Positions 37,608 through 52,800 of a DNA stretch of 64,000 nucleotides are shown piece after piece. The notes under the pieces are model-generated. The model saw nothing but the letters and a program-made list of their open reading frames with translations, made no database searches and was not told the DNA's origin. Origin of the DNA: Balanoglossus misakiensis (taxonomy: Eukaryota; Animalia; Hemichordata); assembly GCA_040954595.2 (NCBI GenBank), contig CM082583.2:4455374-4519373 (forward strand), in the 5' to 3' direction. Positions within the stretch are counted from its first letter, which is position 1. The number at the start of each line of letters is the position of its first letter. The position numbers were made by a program, and so were the translations under genes.

Positions 37608-40600
37608 ATTTGTTTTTGTTTGTTTACGGATCATTATTGTCCTGTTTGTGTCGCGTGTTTGCTGTAAAAAATGATGTGCAAAGGACGCAATTAGGCACAT
37701 CCGTTGCATGTTTGCTTTGACACCACTATTATCAGGTGGTGTGGGTTGGTATCGCACACGGATAGGGGAGTCAACGCTATCAGGCCTCGTCTCTTTATCT
37801 ACGAACAGCGGGTAGGGACTTAAGTAACGTTTAATGTAAACAAACTATTAATGACCTGCTATTTTAAGTGAAAGTGAACGAGTTAAAGAACGTAAACATT
37901 TCGTTTCAGGCGAGTGATAGATTTAGTCCACTTCACAAGCAAGGAATGCTGCCTCTAAATGATTGGGCGTGGAGAGTGTGTGTGTGTGAAGTACCTTCGC
38001 CATATGTTTTCTGTTGTTGTTTTTACAAAAAGAGTATGTGTATCCATGGTAATGTTGAACTTTTGGATGAATAAGTGCATGGAGTCTGCCATGATTTAGT
38101 TCAGCTATAACACTCGTGTGCACTGAGCACAGGGACATTGTCGTTTTTGATGCACGGTGGCAGGATACGACCAGAAAGGGCCTATTTTGATTGATACGTT
38201 GAAGAGAAGTACAAGCCTTCACGTGAGTCACAGAGCACTTGTTAACACTGCCCTTTTTTAAACTGGTATTTTTTGTCAGAATAGGTAATTCACAGTTTAC
38301 ATGGCGAGCAAACGCGAGTGGAAAACTTAATTAGTTCACATGCGGTGCGGTGGGACGCTGTACCGAGCAGCACTGGACGCTGTGACTCGGGTAAACGGAC
38401 GAATTCCTCACACCGTGAGACTTGCTAGCGACATTTTCCCCCCACTTGTCTCCGTTGCAAATATTAAACATTTCCCAAATATGGCCAAATTGACCGTCTG
38501 TCTCACAAGGTTTCTTTTACTGGCATCTGTTAGCTATATAGACGGGAGAGAGGGAAGTACCATTTTGTCCTGGGGGTTTGGAGATCCACTCAACGCCAAC
38601 ACGGCAAATCCGCTAATCGTGTTTGTCGGGTTATTGGGGTCAAGCGAAGTAAAAACATCGATATTGCGCACTGAGTAAACGTCCTTGTTCCAGGCACAAT
38701 GGGTAACGAGGCGACATAATCCTATCGCTGGCAGGCTGCGCTCCCCGCTGCAAGAATAGTTGAACCCCTGAACTGCACCAGATATAGCCTCAAGCGCCGG
38801 CGGAGAGCATCTCTCCAATCTGACAGTGACAAATGCAACATTTCATCTGCATATCTAGACTGTAAATCAAAGTTTTTCGCCGCCTGGATGTGAATGCAGA
38901 TTCAAATGGCACAATGCACCACCGGTATTGGAGTTTCGTAGCAGCGCTGGGTAAGTTGAACCGCGCCACTGGCCACCCGGCCTTGCATGCCTCTCTCGCA
39001 AGAACAAACCATAACGCTTTAGGGTATTAACTAATATAGCGTGTCGACTATTTTCACACTTCACTTGGTTTGTCATCGTTGTGTCGACACCAGTGCTAGA
39101 AATTGTCTCTCGCCGTTCAACTCGGCTACAAATCGGGTCGATGGCGAAATTTTGGTGAACGCACAAGCGATGCACATACATGTATACGACGGCGACCGTT
39201 TCTTAACATGTCGAAGTATTCATATATTTTTTTTTCTATACCACAATCCCCATTGATTGGTATAGTAGGTTGTATACGTCACATGCCCCATTTTATAAAA
39301 TCAGAAAACAAAGTGGGGCTTAGATATGTTGAACAGCGAAATCGGCTTTTGTGCTGACTGGGAAAATGGTATGGCTGTGTGAAGGTGCGGCCGCACCAAT
39401 GTACCGTCTGCAGCTCATATATTTGAGGCGCGTCGCTTGTGGTAGAAACTTCTGTTCGTCGCTTTGATAATATCGCTCATCAATTTGTCATCTACACGAT
39501 GGCTTTTTTATTCTACTCAACTGGGGAAACGCGCATGCAGTGGAAAGGAAAGTCCATGTGATCTAAACTATGTGACACAGGGCACGGCGGTTGTTACTCC
39601 AGTGACGGAATCGGCGCAGGGGGAAACTCCTGCAGGAAATCGAAGCCTGCACAGCTCGTATACATATATAGCTGCCATCACGTCCCGTCTTTGTATACTC
39701 GTAGGTGCAACGAGGCGTGAAAACGAAGATGGGAAAGGTTGGACTTTATATGATTATGTGGCCTGAAAGCGAGGTGAATGCTGAATTAATTGCTTAATGT
39801 ATCATGGTCTTTTAAACACGTTTAGTCACGTGTTGAACCTTATACCGAGAGAGAAATATATTTTTTAACCGAGACGGCCGTTAGTCGAGGCCCTTGCATG
39901 TTATCGTTTGCAGCATATTTGGCGCCCAAATCCTGGTCAATGGAATTCTCTCTTGTTAAGAAATACTCCAGCGATAATTCTAATGGTATTCCGCCGTTGA
40001 ACTCTAAACAGGGCCTCCTCGAATCTAAACCCGTGACAAATTCGACGGAGAATGTACATTTTGAAGTGGAACCCTCTAAATTAAGCGATCGTATAAGGTT
40101 AATCCATTTTCGAGTAGAGTCGGAGACCTGATCTCGCCTGGATTATCCGTATTTCGAGGTCTGTGTCGTGTAGCCGGCTATGCTCGCCCCAGCTGACTTT
40201 AAAACGAGAGCTACAATTGTTTAAAATTGAGCTGTTAGTATGTTGATGTTATGCCTGTCTCCAGCATGGCCAGCGCGGAGCACGCAGCGACTGGCATGCC
40301 ACCAAGCTGATGGTAATACAAGGCTCGACATGCCGCGTATAACCCATCACCTTTGCCGTATCCAAATTTACCTCGACCTCTCCACTGATAGCCTACGCGA
40401 AGAGTAAAATATATATGAAGAACAGTGACACGTCCATCTCCCTATATCTCTTTCTCTCGTGAAACCAGAGTACAGCGTCAGAAATTGCGCGGACAAGCAC
40501 GGTTTCTGATCAGGCTTTCTGCCATCTCGTCGCTGGTGATATACGTGTAGTTGAGACGCCGTCGATATTGTAGCCGGAGCTCCAATTAACCCCAGTGTTT

Positions 40601-41361
40601 GTCAGTCGCAATGCTAACCATCCACAAATTGTATATCCAGCCAAGTTGTTTGCCGGATCGCCTCGATGAAAAAAATGCGCCGGATTGTTCAGCGATTGAA
40701 CAAAGAAATGTAGACGGAAGCATATTTTCGTCAGACAAAATGAGGGGCTATTGCAAGACCGCCATTATCGAATTGTGCAAATAATGTACAAAATCACAAT
40801 AGACGGTAAAAAAAAATCTCTCAGAATTATTGTACAGCAAAATTGCCGTACGTAAAACGAATTTCACCCAAACTATTGTACGTTTCTTTCATATTGAAAT
40901 GCAAATACTCCTTACGAGCGATTTCAAATTTCTCACCACGTTTGTTTGTCGGTAGCGAGCATTAAGCGATAATTCGAATCAATCAACGCACATCCGTTCA
41001 AGTAAGAGTTAAGTATGACCTTTTAGTCATTGCCCGCCAAAAATGATTTCACGCTTAGCAGACGACATGCGAACATTTCTTGAAAGGTTTACCTTGCCAC
41101 GTGTTTTACCTGTATTTCAGATATTTGATTGAGACGAAGTACAGGTAAAAATAGCGTGACATTTCAGACTTGCTCGTGGTACAACTTAAGCTGCGATAGT
41201 TGTCTAAGTGTGATGAATAGGCCCAGTGGCTTTCAAGTTCTGTACAGGTAAATTGACACCAAAATGTACGGTCAATATTTTGTCATTTACGATGTAGGTA
41301 TAAAACATATCGCTAGTATTTCGAACTTAGTCTCCTCGAGAAGAATTATAGCAGGAAAGGA

Positions 41362-41393
41362 TCTCTCTCTCTGTCTCTCTCTCTCTCTTCGTC

Positions 41394-41443
<50 letters not shown>

Positions 41444-41455
41444 GGTCTCTCTCTC

Positions 41456-41496
<41 letters not shown>
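41362..41496. repeat. (CT)n/(CTGT)n microsatellite
   Basis: Directly visible. Confidence 0.95.
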
Positions 41497-41497
<1 letters not shown>

Positions 41498-44105
41498 AAA
41501 ATGCAGAACCGAGACGTCAGAGCAAGTTGAAGAACCTGTATCGTGATGTCGTGGGGCATAAAAGTTCCCCAACCCCGTGCATGCTGATACCCCCTTCATT
41601 AGTCATGTCTTTCACCGGCGTCGCGGTCTATCCGTTTGTGGAAGTTCGCTCACAGCACGTTGCAGTCTCGGCACATGTCAATTATTCATCGACGATGAAA
41701 AAAGCAGTTCTGTATCTCCGCGCTGATTTGGCTCCCGTGCCTGCATAAAAATTCTTTTGCTCCTAATAGCATCAGTAACATCACAGTGCAAGCCTCCATT
41801 TTGTATATACACAGGTTAGAGACATCCAATAAACGCGTCTTATATTTTGGTTAAAAGGCTATCCGCGTAGATTTTGTTGAAAATCGTCATCTTATTTCAC
41901 CGTCCCGGTATTGATGGTACCGAAAAAAATATTCCCGGTGAAACGAACCCAACTTGGCGACGACGTGCACGGTATCCTTCGAATTGAGTTACGTTCATTT
42001 GGAACCACATTTTGATTGACGTTTCTGTTTCGCGGAGCACTGCATCCCCAGGAAAAAAATATTATTACTTATGATTGCCGTAATAGGCACTATTACATGC
42101 AGGATTAGGTTATAATAACTGGCAAATAATATGTAAGAGATGACGGTCAATTGAGTGGCAACAATTTCGCATTTTTTTGTCGTCTGCGTTAATTGCAGCC
42201 AAACGAGTCGTGGACGCGTCAGACAATGGCGGCATTGCGTTCCAACTCACCAGAGAGCACGGAGTGACATCTGCAGGGCCCTCAGTCGAAGAACTCTTAA
42301 TTGAACAGCGATTTCTGTTTTATTCTTCGCCGAAATTGGACTTTTCAGAGGAATAGTAGCGTCAATTAATACAGATTTACTCCCTTTTAAAGGCAATGTT
42401 TGAACTTTTGTTCCGACTGAAAATCTAACATTTCTCTCCGACTGCCTCCAAGGCCCAGAGGATGGGCGGTGACTCACGGGGTCTTTCAGGCTATCTGGCG
42501 CTCACGTCACTCACAGTCTGCAAAAAAGAAAGAAAACTCGACGGTTTTCTCCGTGTACAAAACAGGGCGTCCGAGTCAAGGGCCTGTCATCTACATACAG
42601 ATAAGAAAGCAAGGGTCTGTATTCCTTTGAAGGAAAAGGTGATCTATTCACGTACGTGATGATTTGGCAGACAGACTTGCATTCATGTAGGTTTTTTTTA
42701 CAAATTGATTACCATCTCAAGAAGTTCACACGCATAGGCAATGCCCCTGTCACAGAAAAGATATTTAAACGTATACAACTTAAGACTGCAGAATGATCAC
42801 CGGCAGATAACACTAAAACCCTGCTGGAATAATCGGAGCTTTAACGTTGGCCAGGCAAATCTGTCGTGTCAAGACTGTAATGTTTGTTGTTGGTGTGATA
42901 ACCCAACCGTGTGATATAAACTTACTGTATCATCGAGTTCAATTACTGAACGCTCTACAGGAGCCATCGCCAAGCTTTAGCTGAATCCAAAACATCTAAC
43001 ATTTGTTTTTGTTTTTTTCTGTCGAAAACCTCGCGATAGGTGACTTTTTCGTGACAACGTTGGAGCGACGACGACGACAACAACATCAGTATACGGGATA
43101 ATAGCGATGACTTTAAGTTTAAACGCTTCCGTTAAATTTTGTCGCTTGTACTGGCTGTGTTCTGTCACTCACGCAGTCATACCATCCCAGTTCCATGTTA
43201 TAAAGTACCAATTATTCGCCTTGGGCACACAAAGCGTCATTTGCTATACTGTTGAAAAGTCGTTTGAGGACTGAGTTTTGTTGACGAATACATTGTCATC
43301 TTTCTTGTGAGTTGCATGATCGTTCAGAATTGGTTAAATTACAGTATAAAACATACTTTCAGTGTCATGGTTGCCACAAAAAAACTGGCCATAGATGTCC
43401 CAAAACAGCACTTCATAAATGTTAATGGGGCTTTAAGAGAGGAAAGAATATGTGACAAAATTTAGTTGACGGGTTAAAACAGTAGGCGATCATGAACCAA
43501 GACACAAAGAAGTATATGCTTCTATCTTTTATGATAGAAGTACGTCATCATCTCAAAGTATTAAACTGACAACAAAAGGTTAGGCCTATATCCACATGAT
43601 GGTTTTTATTAGCTGTTTTATTCAGAATCTGTCACACTGTCTTAATGATCTAAAGGTAGTTTATACATTTAACAGATTTACTACATTTTTGTATGTCCCT
43701 TGTTCTACAAAAATGACGGAAGGTGTACTTGTCTAGTCTGTGTCGGTTTTTATTTCTCCTCGGAATTTTATTCATAATAGACTTGTATTACATAGGATCC
43801 GCCAAGTCCTTCTCTCCATCATGTTTATGAGTTAAATCTTGTTAAAATCTCATCATGATTTCCATCTAAGAAGTGTTTGAAATTTGAAATACCACGCCGA
43901 CGCCACCCCCAATAATGCACCGTTTTGATACCAATTAAAGTGTTTAGATTGACGTTGAACAATTTGGAGCATGTAAACAGAAGTATTGTTTTTGTTCAGA
44001 ATTGGGGTTGGCTAAAATATAAGTAGATGCCAAGTTTCCAGCAATTGACGAGGTCAAGTGGCGCAGAGAATGTCAAGTAGCCGTCCCGCTTACAACGTGC
44101 GTTGG

Positions 44106-44255
44106 TTAAAGGCCCACGAGCTGCAACTTTTGGAGTAGTTATAATTTTTCTTTTCAAACTAAACTACCTTTAACCATAAAGATGTATGCACTGAAGTATA
44201 TACAAGTATTATAAACCCTGATCATGAATGCATTAGCATCTCCTTAAAATATAAA
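44106..44255 (+). mobile_element. End of the same interspersed repeat as 21374-21540, copy 2
   Basis: Patchy collinear similarity beginning ttaaaggcccacgagctgcaac. Confidence 0.45.
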
Positions 44256-47200
44256 CAAGTTGTTTACTATTCTCTGTTTTTAAACTTGAAAGAAGTCAAC
44301 ATGAGAATAGGCTAAGATTGGGCGTTACCTATCTACTCAAGGGACAGTGGTGATTGTCAGTATTTTGCTCTGTGTATCACATTACGATAGTTTCTGGTAG
44401 TTTTACTCTCCAAAATTTTTCAAAAGCTTCAGATACTGTTCATTTTCATTTTTGTCAATGTTAAAAGTGTGTGTTCGAAATAAAATTCTGTCGCTTATCA
44501 TGATACGAGGCGTGTACCCGCGAGAGAATTCTTGGTTACAGCTTTGCCATTCCGTGGGTGTATAAATCCCAGACAACACAGGTCCTTCCCTCCATCGGAT
44601 CAGACAGTGGTTATCTGAGATTATGCACATTGACTGTAGATCGAGCATTAGCCAAAACACATTTTTTTCTTAAATCATTGCAACATCCATCTTTTCCCAA
44701 AACACGTTGGCATAGGACCGCTGTCTTCGATGATAGAAAGGGAATACACGCACAACGATTACGCGTTTTGGGGCTAGAGTTCTTCCGGCAAATTCGTGAT
44801 TTGCATGTACCGTAGTCTAATCATGCTCGCCGTAAAGCATCTTATGCAGTCTCAGTGTTTCGAATAGACCTTTGCAAATAAAATGCCATGTCTGCTGTCA
44901 AAAACCGAGATAACCTATGACATTTCAGCTCAACAAGAAGGCGATTATACGCAGCTTTTGCTTTTGTCAAACAAGTCTGGACGGGTAGCCTAGTGTTGCT
45001 CTGTACTATACACTAGATTAAGTAAGAATTTTGACGAACGTTCACAGCAGTATATTGCGTACTTGCCAGTATAGGTTTGTACCTCCCCCCCCCCCCCTTC
45101 CCTAAATTTACCGTGTTAGTTGAAGCACGGTTACTAGTAACCGTGGTTGAAGGCAACATCTAAAGGCAAAAGCAACAATTCACGCAGTGAGATGTTTGAA
45201 AACCAATCTATTACGTCACCAGTGAAACTGATAGTTGCTGATAAGAGAGAGATCAGTGAATAATGAATTGGTTTCAAGACATTTTGCCGTTTGATTTGAT
45301 GTTATTGCCTTCAGATGCTGTCGCCAAGTCAGTTAATGTTTGCAACTAACTAACAAATTTACACACCTATTATAGTAAGTGAGCAATATATTGCCATGTA
45401 AGGCCGTCATTTTTATTCTAAATTGAGTGTAAAAGACAACTGATCCCTTTATTACCAAGATTTGTACGTACCCCCGTACATTCATTCTCCAGCGGTAGGC
45501 CTTGAAGCATAGAGACTTTTGCGTCTATAAGGGCTCTCAATACACAATAGTTACTGCGCATGCGTTGTAGGAAAGTATTCAATCGGAGGGGAACGACCTT
45601 ATAATTTTGTTATCTTGCAGACACACCCGCCGTCTGTAAAGAAACCTCACATTGTCTCAGATAGAGACATGCGTGTCTAAGGGGCTGGCCTGCAGTTTAA
45701 TTGGGGAAGCTGCGTTCTTTCCCAACTCATCTCTTGTATTCTCCGAAAATGCATTCACCTTTTGGAAGCTAGCACACTACGACTTTTCTACAATATTGAA
45801 TAAATAGCCCAGAATCGTGGGTATAGTTTCAGAAATATCTACTTTTTGAAGAATCTGATTTAATACTTAGCAACAATATATATGTTGATTTAAGCGACAT
45901 TTAGCTCTCACTTTCATATTATCCAAATGACAGATACATTTGAATATTGGGTTCACTCCACAAACATGTCTGGAAAGATTCGAGAGTTCCTGAATGAGCA
46001 TTTCACACAGAGTAGAGACGTGTCAACAATAACACGGTTTGTACAAAATAGCCATGGCTTTTGACATTGGCTTTTATTTTTGCGGGGGTGATGCAAAATG
46101 ATGCAGCCACTAGGCCTTTAATAGATGTCATGTGTCGCCTTCTGTGTACACTCAAGTCACAAATATACAGTGTAGATTGCACATTGAAATTCATGAGCTC
46201 TTGGACCAAACCGCTGCCCCCCCCCCCCCTATGTATACGCGTATATTGCTCGGTCAAGTATGGCATCGTACATGTAATTCGATTTCGACAGCTCGCAGTA
46301 TGAATCATTGGAGAGTGCTTCCAAACGAAACTCGCATAACCCGTGACTTCGCTGTGTCAGAGCTCAATAAGCGTTCCGTGATTCAATGCAGACGTGGCAT
46401 CAAAGAACGAAACTAGTGAAAAGTGTCGGTTGGGCATTTGTTCAGTTAAAGTACTGTAGCACTATTTCGGACGCATATGTCTGGGTGATTTTGATCGTGG
46501 AACCATTTCACTAATTTAAATAATTGTATCTTCCATGTACAACTATCTAAAGAACTGATGTGTACATATAGCAAGTACATATACATAAACGAGATATTTT
46601 TTTACTATTATTGAGTCATTAGCTACCTGGTATTATCAAGAGGTGTTATTTCTTCCGGAAAACTTTCAGAAGATGCGGCGAGTGACTGTGTACATATTTG
46701 GCGCCACTTTTCAACGAGCTCCACGATTGCCGTTGCGTGTACAAATAACAGTTACGTTAATTTGTAAAAATTTACTTTCCCGAACATTAGTTTCACACTA
46801 CAGAATCCGAAACCGAATATTGTGGTAAGGCACACTCTGTCACTCAATTGGCGGGAGAACAGTTTGTCACTTCGGTAATTAAGATGGACACAGTCCTCCT
46901 TCAGTGGCCTTATCATTATGATTTTTTGCGCCCCCGTTTACGCAGGCGCACTTTTTTGTGCCGTGGAGTCAAATTAGATAAATTTCTAATATAGCGATGC
47001 ACAATGACAGGTAAAATCCAATTTGCGGCTGATTTATTGGCAGTAACGCCGGGTGTTCCGTGAATCGATGGTTTAAAAAATGACGATGACGGTTTGTGGC
47101 AATATGGCGGCATGTGTGGTGCAAAATGTTGATTTTTCCATTTTAAGGTGCAAATTCGTCCATTTTAACATTTATTTTAGTTACCTTGGCAGTTTTAATA

Positions 47201-47503
47201 TTATTATTTATGTTCAGCTCACTGAAATATTATATGCTCAATGAGCGGTTGCCACAATTCAACTCGCATCATGCATATGGATATAACACACATGAATGCT
47301 TCGGTCATTCAGAGTTTGATCAATACTAAACATTTCGTAGTAGTACTAAGATGTTATGCCAATATACATGGCAAGAGCAGAGTTGAGACAACCAGGCATC
47401 GAGCTTATTTCAGTGAACAGGGCGACGTGAATAAGTACTAAAGGAGTGTAAAATAACGGAAATAATGTCAAAAGTGAATGACTTTGTCTCTTTAAAACGA
47501 GAG

Positions 47504-47818
47504 TTTGTCATTTTGAGTGTGACTGTATGAGCTATAACCCATGTATAGGACATGAAAATGACAAAACTTCACAACGTCAAGAATCTGCCATATTATGAAT
47601 GTGTATGTATAACCCATGCACATATTACATGAAAATGCCAAAATGACCAAAATTCACACAAGTTATGAATTTGTCGTTTTTGAGCGTGTATGAGCTATAA
47701 CCATGCACATGACAGGAAAATACCAAAATGACCAAAATTCACAAGTTATGACCTTGTCATTTTTGAGCTTGTATGAGCTATAACCAATGCACATGACAGG
47801 AAAATGACCAAAATCCAC
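47504..47818. repeat. Four diverged 80-86 bp units related to the 88-bp satellite
   Basis: Units start at ~47504, 47584, 47670, 47753 and carry variants of ttgtcatttttg and atgagctataacccatg, plus aaaatga and ttcaca. Confidence 0.8.
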
Positions 47819-48218
47819 AGTCTTCGAGCATGCGATCATTTAGTCTTGTGAAGTCTTCATCAACGTTAATATTTTATTAAGTAACAATTAACGTTTCTGT
47901 AATACCATCATTGCCACCGCCACTATGAAACGTCAATTCGAATTCGCTTGAGAATCCCCGGTACAGACTCACGACACCCTGATCATGTGGACTTTTTGCC
48001 TACGGACAACATTTCTGCGTTTCTGTTAGTGAACTCACGCCAATGGACGTCCCAGCGATGCGCTGAATTTGTTCTTATTGCTTGATGACTGCAAATACTC
48101 AGTGGTCTAATCTGTGCAAGATTTTTTTGAATGCTGGGGGTATACTTGCCAGATAATATCACTTGTCACTGCAGTCAAGGCGGGAGAGTGGAAAGAACAA
48201 TTTATCAATTTTACATAT

Positions 48219-48383
48219 TTCATTCATTCATTCATTCATTCATTCATTCATTCATTCATTCATTCATTCATTCATTCATTCATTCATTCATTCATTCATT
48301 CATTCATTCATTCATTCATTCATTCATTCATTCATTCATTCGTTCGTTCGTTCGTTCATTCATGATGCATTCATTCATTCATT
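48219..48383. repeat. (CATT)n microsatellite
   Basis: Directly visible. Confidence 0.95.
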
Positions 48384-49899
48384 CGCAACTATTTAACGGA
48401 TCGTTGTGATAACTCCCAATAAAATGAAATTATCGCAATTGCAGGCGTCATTATATTAAGGAAGCTTGTAATTCAGTCAAACACTGCCATTTGACAGACA
48501 GAATGTGAGCGCTATCTTCTCCAATAGCCAAATAATGGATAAGCCTCTACTGTCTCTCTAGTGCTCTTTCATCGACATTCAATTAGGCCCCTACAGCTCA
48601 GTGTCGGTGAAATCCATGGCGGCTTTTCAGCAGCTCAAGAATGTAGGTGTCATTTTACTTGACGCCGACGACGACGTCCCCCACGATAACGTGCGATCAT
48701 TAAAATGTCGAGTGATTTTCTCTCGCAGTTTCACTCAATTCATTCAGGGCGCGCGTCGACACGCCGAACGATAATGTTGACATTGAGCCGATGTGACCAA
48801 TGTGATGACATCGAATCGATGCAGTCGCTGTTTGTTGGGGAAAATCCAGCTCAGCGTTATATTGTATAGGTAGTTCTAGGATCTGCAAATTTAGATTTTG
48901 AAATTTGTAAGCTTAAAAGGCGAAAACGATCCAGAAATAACGCTATAGACTGGGTCAATGCGACCAAGGAATGCAATGCATATGTAGAAAATAAAATGAA
49001 CGCGCGGCGAATTTCGCTAGCGTCATTGTAGTCATGGCAACTATTATACAGGTGACAACATCTCGATGGCTGATGAAGTGCATTAAGTCAGCGAACAATT
49101 TTTAACGCAGTCGGGATTTGCAAATTGTCGAAGAACGGCTTTAGAGGCTATTATGACAATTTAATCCCAAATCAGTTGAACTCTATTTTCGATTTTAACT
49201 CGACAATTGATGAAATCGACAACCTTCGAATTCTAGCTTGCGCATGATTGTTCCAGACCACACGAAGATTTAAAAAAAACATATGACAACTGATTTGATT
49301 TCAAATAAATTCGATAATTCCAATTTCGATCACAAAAGGTGCACGGGGTTTACTATAAAAATTAAACACGGGTCTGGCTCCATTGTACAAATTGTCGCTT
49401 GCGTTCAGCGTCTCAGCGCCGGTTACTAAACGGTTGCCTAAACGCGGACCGAGACCTGTCAATCATCGTCATATACGTTCTCCGTTTATTTAAACACAGG
49501 ACTGCCGAACGCAACTTTGCATTCCCATCGTCTGGTAACCATGGAAACGCCAACGTATTTCGCGTCAGCTTTACAGATTGCACACCCGCCAGTTATCGGC
49601 GACTCGGAGAATCCTGTTTCGTAAATTCCAGTATAAGAACAATCACTGCAAAAAACAACCGCATTACATTTGGTATGCTGAAAGAAAAAAAGAGAAATCG
49701 TGATAGTGAGAGCGAGCGGCTGAGTGACAGGCTGGGCTCCCGTTGTTCGACATTAACTGCGGGGACATTGCCTTCAACTTAAGGTTACATCCAGTAATAT
49801 GTCGACAGAGAAAGCATTCGAAGCCTGAAAGCCGATACACTTTTTTAACTATGTGCATTTCTCTCTCTATCTCTCTTTATATTTTCTTCCTTCACCCAG

Positions 49900-52800
49900 G
49901 TCTACTGTGTCTAGTGCGAGGCGAGCAGGGCAAAATCGGTAATTGCGACAGGGATGACTTTTTCCAGGATAGCAGACAATGCACATTAGACTTTTTTGTG
50001 TCCATAAGAAAAAATCCCCAGGGAAACTGCAAGTAAGTCGTCTTTACATACTTTGTGTACACAGCAAACTACTTTGGCAAGCTTTGATTTTGTCTTCACG
50101 CGAGGTGAATGGGGACATGGGCACTTTGCATTCATCCAGCATCACACTTTTGTCCCGATCTTCGTCAATATTAACACTCTCCAAAAGCCCCACTAACGAG
50201 GCTTAACAAGCGGCCATGCCTTGCCACCATTTTATTACGACTTCTACGAATTCTGTTATCCGCCCGTTACAAAATGTGCTGTATGATTTGTCTGTAACAG
50301 ATAATTTAAAAGGAATTAATCTTAAATTGCGTATGTATGTATGCATGCATGTATGTATGTATGTATGTATGTATGTATGTATGTATGTATGTATGTATGT
50401 ATGTATGTATGTATGTATGTATGTATGTATGTATGTATGTATGTATGTATGTATGTATGTATGTATGTATGTATGTATGTATGTATGTATGTATGTATGT
50501 ATGTATGTATGTATGTATGTATGTATGTATGTATGTATGTATGTATGTATGTATGTATGTATGTATGTATGTATGTATGTATGTATGTATGTATGTATGT
50601 ATGTATGTATGTATGTATGTATGTATGTATGTATGTATGAATGTATGTATGTATGTATGTATGTATGTATGTATGTATGTATGTATGTATGTATGTATGT
50701 ATGTATGTATGTATGTTTGTATGTATGTATGTATGTATGTATGTATGTATGTATGTATGTATGTATGTATGTATGTATGTATGTGTGTGTGTGTATGTAT
50801 GTATGTATGTATGGATGTATGGATGTGTGTGTGTGTATGTATGTATGTATGTACTAGTATGTATGTACATGTAATGTATGTATGTATATGGATGGATGGA
50901 TGGATGGATGGATGGATGGATGGATGGATTGTATGACTGATGCATGCATGCATGCATGCATGCATGCATGTATGTATTTATGTATGCATGCATGCATCAC
51001 ACTTAGTGTATTGAGGTGTTTAACATACGTACTGGTTGGCCTCGAAAACTAGGGTTATATCATAGCATCGCACTCCCAAACTATTGCATCCGTCCCGTAT
51101 AACACATGTACAAGAAATGCGTGGCTTCATCTCTCAGACTGGTAGTCCACTTCATGCATATTATAACACACAAGTGTTATGATCAATTAACAATTTCGTG
51201 TTCATAATACCGCAGTGAGATTTTATTGCTTTTAAGAAAGTGTTATCATGAAGGTAGCCATGGTGGTATGTAACAACGGACCGGTAGTTCTGATAAACTC
51301 ATTTTCAGAATTGCAGTTAAACTCGCAATGGTTGTCTCAAAGTTTCATACCAACATTGACACGGCTTATGATGAAGATGCGGAAGAGAGAGTAAATTCGG
51401 ATGATAGTTTGCTCTTTAAAATGGCGCGAAAAGACAAAACTACCGAAGATGACGTTAAAATGGTTGTAATGTTCATGACGATAATGTGTGTTTTAAATAG
51501 TTAAATAAATCTATATTTTTTATCATTTCGACAGTACATTTTACTTACTTATGCTCGATTGTTCCAAAAATGTAATGAAGAAGTGTATACAAGATTTGGA
51601 CACAGAATCAGAAGACAACCTGGTAGGTCTGCTGGAGTCGACTTTTGGAATTGTCCTCTCCAAAGGTGATGAAGAGGTCAAATATTGCAGAGAGGGTGGG
51701 CTTCCACTGGCAGCTGTCACAAAGGCGCCAACGGCAATAGAGAAACGGTGCGCTGACAGATATTACAGACAGACTCCGGCCTGTGGCGAAGACTTCATTG
51801 AAATCTTTCAACAAAATCCAGCAGACGAAAACCTCTGCAGGTGAGTCATTCTATAGATCTTCTATAGATAGATACAGTTAGCTAGGGAGATAGATTTTTC
51901 AACACTTTCGTGGATTTTTCAGTCGTCATTCTTTGGTTCAAGCGTTTGTGGGTGTGCTGGCAAAATTCGGGATGGGGGTCATCCTTATTTGCCAAGGGAA
52001 TAATTCTTTTTTCACATCAGTTCTCAGGGGTGATTATTTTGACATTTGAATATTAGAGTTACCATACATTACAGTTACATTACAAACCAGCCTCGTGATC
52101 ATATACATTGCGAAAATGTCTATCTCCGGAGGGAGACACCCCCTGTTGCGCGCACTACCTTGACTATGTCACTCGGATGAGCCCTGCCAATACACTTGAT
52201 TGGGCTACTTTTTCTCGACTTCGAGTGGCTAATTTCTCTCTGTACGCGGTTGACATTTCCTTTGTATTAAAGAGAAAGAGCAAAATTAGCCAAGTGACGT
52301 GTTCTGGATTGCAGCAGACCATCGACCGACCTGTAGTGATCTCCTTGTTTGCTGCGTCTTGCTGAACAAGAGACCTCCCGTACCTACACCATTTGAGAGA
52401 TTGCGTAGGGTTGGGATAACACTGAGCCTCGGATGTTTTAAAACAGCTTGACACAGTCTCCAAAGAATGGTGGAATGCTATCCACGTGAACATATTTTAC
52501 ATTGATGTAGATTAGCATCCACCATATCTGAGATGTTTAGCGTTGACGAGTTTAATACACACATGGCTGCTTGAGCAATGTCAGTCTTTCGGTCAAATGC
52601 AAGAAATAATCCAATGTGTCAGTTTTGGTGTTTGGTTTTCAAGCCACCTGATTGACTGACTGACTGACTGTCGTTTGCGGTCAACATTCTTTTCCTTGCA
52701 TGCATGCGACGTGTTGTATTTGCCACAGTATATCGCAACTTCGCTGAAGACGGCAGTATCCGAAATGCCGTGCGTGAAACTAATTAAAAACACATTTTGC

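Noticed and set aside
38481-38678. Signal-peptide-like MAKLTVCLTRFLLLAS as first exon of the Cys-rich gene
   Set aside because: No phase-1 consensus donor at the needed position, and it is 11 kb away; unsupported.
24551-50993. MYVC/HTYI/HSFI-repeat ORFs at 24.5-25.0, 37.3-37.8, 48.1-48.4 and 50.2-51.0 kb
   Set aside because: Translations of tetranucleotide microsatellites.
51310-51462. Extra exon of the Cys-rich gene (IAVKLAMVVSKFH...DDVKM)
   Set aside because: Weak donor in an incompatible phase, and it would interrupt the 6-Cys domain; 50032 joins 51535 directly in frame.
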